Shown piece after piece: positions 60,951-64,000 of a stretch of 64,000 nucleotides of DNA (positions within the stretch are counted from its first letter, which is position 1; each line of letters opens with the position of its first letter). The DNA is from an uncultured Chloroflexia bacterium (GTDB taxonomy: Bacteria > Chloroflexota > Anaerolineae > JAAYZQ01), in contig CAVOXA010000022.1 of assembly GCA_963700285.1 (NCBI GenBank), positions 128,001 to 192,000 of the forward strand, read 5' to 3'. The notes beneath the pieces are model-generated. The model had not been told where the DNA came from and ran no database searches. It saw only the letters and a list, made by a program, of their open reading frames with translations. Made by a program: the position numbers and the translations under genes.

Positions 60951-63900
60951 ATGACATCGAAAACCCGATCTCTGGCCGCGATTGCTGTCGTTCTGCTGAT
61001 GGCCAGCCTGCTGCCCGCTGGCGCTGGTACGCGCGCGCTGGACTCCAACGAGGGGATGGGCACGGATGCGCCCAGGGCGCAGTTGCCCGGGGACGAAGGG
61101 GCAAGACCAGCGTTCCAGCCCCCTGCGGAGCCGCCTTCCGTGTCGCCTGTAGCCAACCCGTCGCCGGCAATGCCAGTGAGCGCGGCCGGAGCGGGCTCAC
61201 CCGCCGTCGGGCGTCCCGTGGGCCCCTTTGGCGGCACGGCCGACTATGACAGCGGCTGGGTGGACATGGATGCCGGCGATGCGTACGTTTTCACGCACAA
61301 CCTGGGTGGCGATCCCGATGATTATGTGGTCGATCTCTCGACGGTGACGGGGGGGTTCATTACCCAGGCGCCTTTCAGCCAGGAGGGCTTTGGCGGCGAC
61401 ATCTACTGGGACGGCCAGGAGATGGTGGAGAGCGGCTACATCTGGAACAGCCTGGATGCGACCCAGATCGAGGTTGTCAAGGGTGCGGACGAGGAGAGCG
61501 CCGGACCGTTGCGGCTTCGGATCTGGCGCCTGCCTGGCGCCGATTATGACAGCGGCTGGCAGGATCTCTCTCGCACGCAGATACTCACGCTCCAGCACGA
61601 GTTGGGCGGCGATCCCGACGATTATTCTGTCTATCTGGAGTTTTTCGACGAGGATGAGGGATTCGGTGTGAACCGGACCGGCTATGGTCTGGATTCATAC
61701 CAGTGGGGCGGCAAGGATTATTTCGAGGTGGGCGCTGCCTGGGTCGATCTGACCAGCGCCAGCATTAGCCTCGACCGGGGCCGCCAGGACACCTACGCGG
61801 ACCAGGTGCGCGTCCGCATCTGGCGCGTACCTGGCGCCGACTATGACAGCGGCTGGGTCGACGTTGCTCAGGATGAGCTGCTGACGCTGGCCCACGATCT
61901 GGGCGGTCCCTGGAACGACTTTTACGTCGACGTCCAGTTCTGGAGAGACGAATGGCACGGGCGACACCAGGCCCAATATGGCCTCGACCGTGCAAAACCC
62001 TACGCCGACGTCCGGGTATATGGCGCCAGCCTGCGCTATCTTTTCGATGGTACCCTGTCCATCTACCGGGGCAGCTACGATATCCTGGTCCACCGGGTAC
62101 GGGTCCGCATCTGGGCCGACCCCAAGCCCAAGTATGACAGCGGCTGGGTTTCCATCGACCAGGATGAGTGGCTGGCGCTGGAGCATGGGCTGGGCGGCGA
62201 TCCAGATTACTACCACATCGATCTGCAATTCAAGGACACCGACGCCGACGGAGACTGCTGCCACGGCATCAACCAGTGGGCCTACGGCGGCGATTTTTGG
62301 GTCGATCCCGATGACAACCAGCAGGCCATAGGCGCATATTGGAACCAATTGACGTCCGATTCCATCGTGGTCCGGCGATTTCCCGGCGACCACAAGGCCG
62401 ATGAGATCCGGCTGCGCATCTGGTCGGCGCCGGCGCCCGACTATCGCTTTGCGGGCAATTGGGCCGGCGCCGGACCCGGGGGTGTGTACGATCACTTTGT
62501 CGGTGGCGAACCAGACGACTATGTCGTCAGCGTCCTGGCCCAGCATGGCGATTGGCTGGGTCTGAACGTGCTGGGTTTTGGCCGGGATCGGACCGCGCCC
62601 GACCAAATGCAGGGCTTCCACTGGACCGATCTGACGGATGAATCGGTGGAAGTCACCTTTGGCGGCGACAGCGACATGGACCATCCCTCTGTCAGCATCT
62701 GGCAGAACCCAAACCCGGCCTATGACAGCGGCTGGCGGTCGCTGACCCCTGCCGCCGTGAGGGCCTTTGGACACGGACTGGGTTTCCACCCCAACCTCAC
62801 CGTCGTCGACCTCCAGTTCCAGGCCGAGCAGGGGGGCCTGGGCGTGAACCAGGCGGGCTATGGGCAGGACACGTCCTTCGTTCCCGGTGAAGGCTGGAGC
62901 GTATGGGGCGCGTTCTGGTACGACCTGACGCCGGAAAGGGTATCGGTCTGGCGTACGGGTGACGATCCTTTTGCCGCCAAGGGCCGCGTGCGCGTTTGGT
63001 ACACCGGCGGTTGCTATGCGGTGGAGGCGGAGATCGAGCCGGCCGGCGGGGGCAGGGTCGAGGTGAAGCCGGCGCCCAACTGCGGATCCGGCCGGGGCTA
63101 CGCCGAGGGCACGGCCATCGAGCTGACGGCCGTAGCCAACGCGGGCTATACCTTTGAGCACTGGCGCACGGTCTGGGGCGCCGAGTTCACTGATAACCCC
63201 CAAGCCTTCGCGGTGGACGGGGACAGTATCATCACGGCCCATTTCGGTGCGGACGCGGACCCCTTCCCGGTCCTCTTTGATGAGGCCCATGGGGAGCGCA
63301 ATACCCTGTCCTGGACCCGGGCGCAGGAGCTGTCCAATACCCTGCCCTGGCACCCGGTTCCGGAGTGGGTCTACTTTGGCAAACTACGGGACGCCCTGGC
63401 CGGCGAGTTCGCCCTGGTACGCAACGCCGGCCAGCCGCTCACCGACGCGCTGCTGAGCGACTACCGGGCGCTGGTCTTGGCCGCGCCTGAGCAGGGTCTG
63501 AGCCCCGCCGAGCAGCAGGCCGTCAGCCGCTACGTGCGGGGTGGCGGTGGGGTGATCTTTCTCGGAGACTGCGGCCTGGCCCCGCCCGACAATGACTTCT
63601 GGTGGAAGACCTTTGGCCTGTCTTTCAACGCGAGCTGCCTCTTTTCGCCCATTCCCGACATGATCGGTGACTTTACGGTCACCGACTTTCACGACCAGGC
63701 CCCGGGCGGCGTGACGCATTACAACACGAACTGGGGAGGGAGCCTTCAGGCCGCAAAAGGCGTCCAGCCATTGGCCTGGACCGGGGCTGATACCTGGGAG
63801 GACAGCAACGGCAGCGACGAGTATGAGCGCGGCGACGATGAGACCGGCAAGTTCCTGGTCCTGGCCGAATATGATGGCGGCTGTGGGCGCGTCGCGGCCC

Positions 63901-64000
63901 TATCGGACGATGCCTTTCAGGACGGCGGCTTTGATGACTATGACAACGAGGGCCTCATGCGCGCCCTGCTGGTCCGGGTGATGGGCGGCGCAGCCTGCGG
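60951..64000 (+). CDS. Large secreted protein, 3' partial: six ~100-aa DYDSGW repeats, an InlB-B/Flg-like repeat, then a VLFDEAH (DUF4350/GATase-like) domain
   Basis: AAAGGAG RBS and signal peptide; frame open to the window end, so absent from the ORF track. Repeat starts in frame at 61242, 61542, 61839, 62130, 62439 and ~62718. Confidence 0.8.
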   Translation, partial: MTSKTRSLAAIAVVLLMASLLPAGAGTRALDSNEGMGTDAPRAQLPGDEGARPAFQPPAEPPSVSPVANPSPAMPVSAAGAGSPAVGRPVGPFGGTADYDSGWVDMDAGDAYVFTHNLGGDPDDYVVDLSTVTGGFITQAPFSQEGFGGDIYWDGQEMVESGYIWNSLDATQIEVVKGADEESAGPLRLRIWRLPGADYDSGWQDLSRTQILTLQHELGGDPDDYSVYLEFFDEDEGFGVNRTGYGLDSYQWGGKDYFEVGAAWVDLTSASISLDRGRQDTYADQVRVRIWRVPGADYDSGWVDVAQDELLTLAHDLGGPWNDFYVDVQFWRDEWHGRHQAQYGLDRAKPYADVRVYGASLRYLFDGTLSIYRGSYDILVHRVRVRIWADPKPKYDSGWVSIDQDEWLALEHGLGGDPDYYHIDLQFKDTDADGDCCHGINQWAYGGDFWVDPDDNQQAIGAYWNQLTSDSIVVRRFPGDHKADEIRLRIWSAPAPDYRFAGNWAGAGPGGVYDHFVGGEPDDYVVSVLAQHGDWLGLNVLGFGRDRTAPDQMQGFHWTDLTDESVEVTFGGDSDMDHPSVSIWQNPNPAYDSGWRSLTPAAVRAFGHGLGFHPNLTVVDLQFQAEQGGLGVNQAGYGQDTSFVPGEGWSVWGAFWYDLTPERVSVWRTGDDPFAAKGRVRVWYTGGCYAVEAEIEPAGGGRVEVKPAPNCGSGRGYAEGTAIELTAVANAGYTFEHWRTVWGAEFTDNPQAFAVDGDSIITAHFGADADPFPVLFDEAHGERNTLSWTRAQELSNTLPWHPVPEWVYFGKLRDALAGEFALVRNAGQPLTDALLSDYRALVLAAPEQGLSPAEQQAVSRYVRGGGGVIFLGDCGLAPPDNDFWWKTFGLSFNASCLFSPIPDMIGDFTVTDFHDQAPGGVTHYNTNWGGSLQAAKGVQPLAWTGADTWEDSNGSDEYERGDDETGKFLVLAEYDGGCGRVAALSDDAFQDGGFDDYDNEGLMRALLVRVMGGAAC

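Overview
High-GC bacterial window, probably Chloroflexota/Anaerolineae (inferred from a C-terminal YLPLI-type motif, SARP-STAND-WD40 proteins and the REP-like palindromes). Many genes carry single-base frameshifts that look like long-read assembly errors. Left arm: a double solute-binding protein, two degenerate M24 peptidase-fold genes, a UGA-readthrough GrdB/PrdB-family selenoprotein with a SECIS-like hairpin, and the mercury-methylation pair hgcA-hgcB. Directly after hgcB lies the most unusual feature, a ~14.4 kb one-strand phage-structural operon (8.6-23.1 kb). It contains portal, wHTH, protease-scaffold-capsid fusion, decoration proteins, holin-like, LamG, triplicated adaptor, M23, nozzle-like and gpF-like genes, but no recognisable terminase, integrase, repressor, replication or tape-measure gene. 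It starts at its own sigma70-type promoter overlapped by a perfect GAAC-N4-GTTC LexA box, and seven of its genes are preceded by oriented 9-nt AATTCGTRN arrays. It is a candidate host-domesticated, SOS-inducible GTA-like particle. Right arm: GT-C-like membrane protein, two Ser/Thr kinases, a membrane-anchored NB-ARC/TPR protein with three CARDB-like domains inserted inside its last TPR, large secreted repeat proteins, L,D-transpeptidase, SARP-STAND-WD40 regulator with two small divergent paralogues, duplicated DMT transporters, patatin, CBS/ion transporters, MFS, a frameshifted IS1634-like transposase and a truncated secreted repeat protein. All family calls come from motif recognition by eye; no searches were run.
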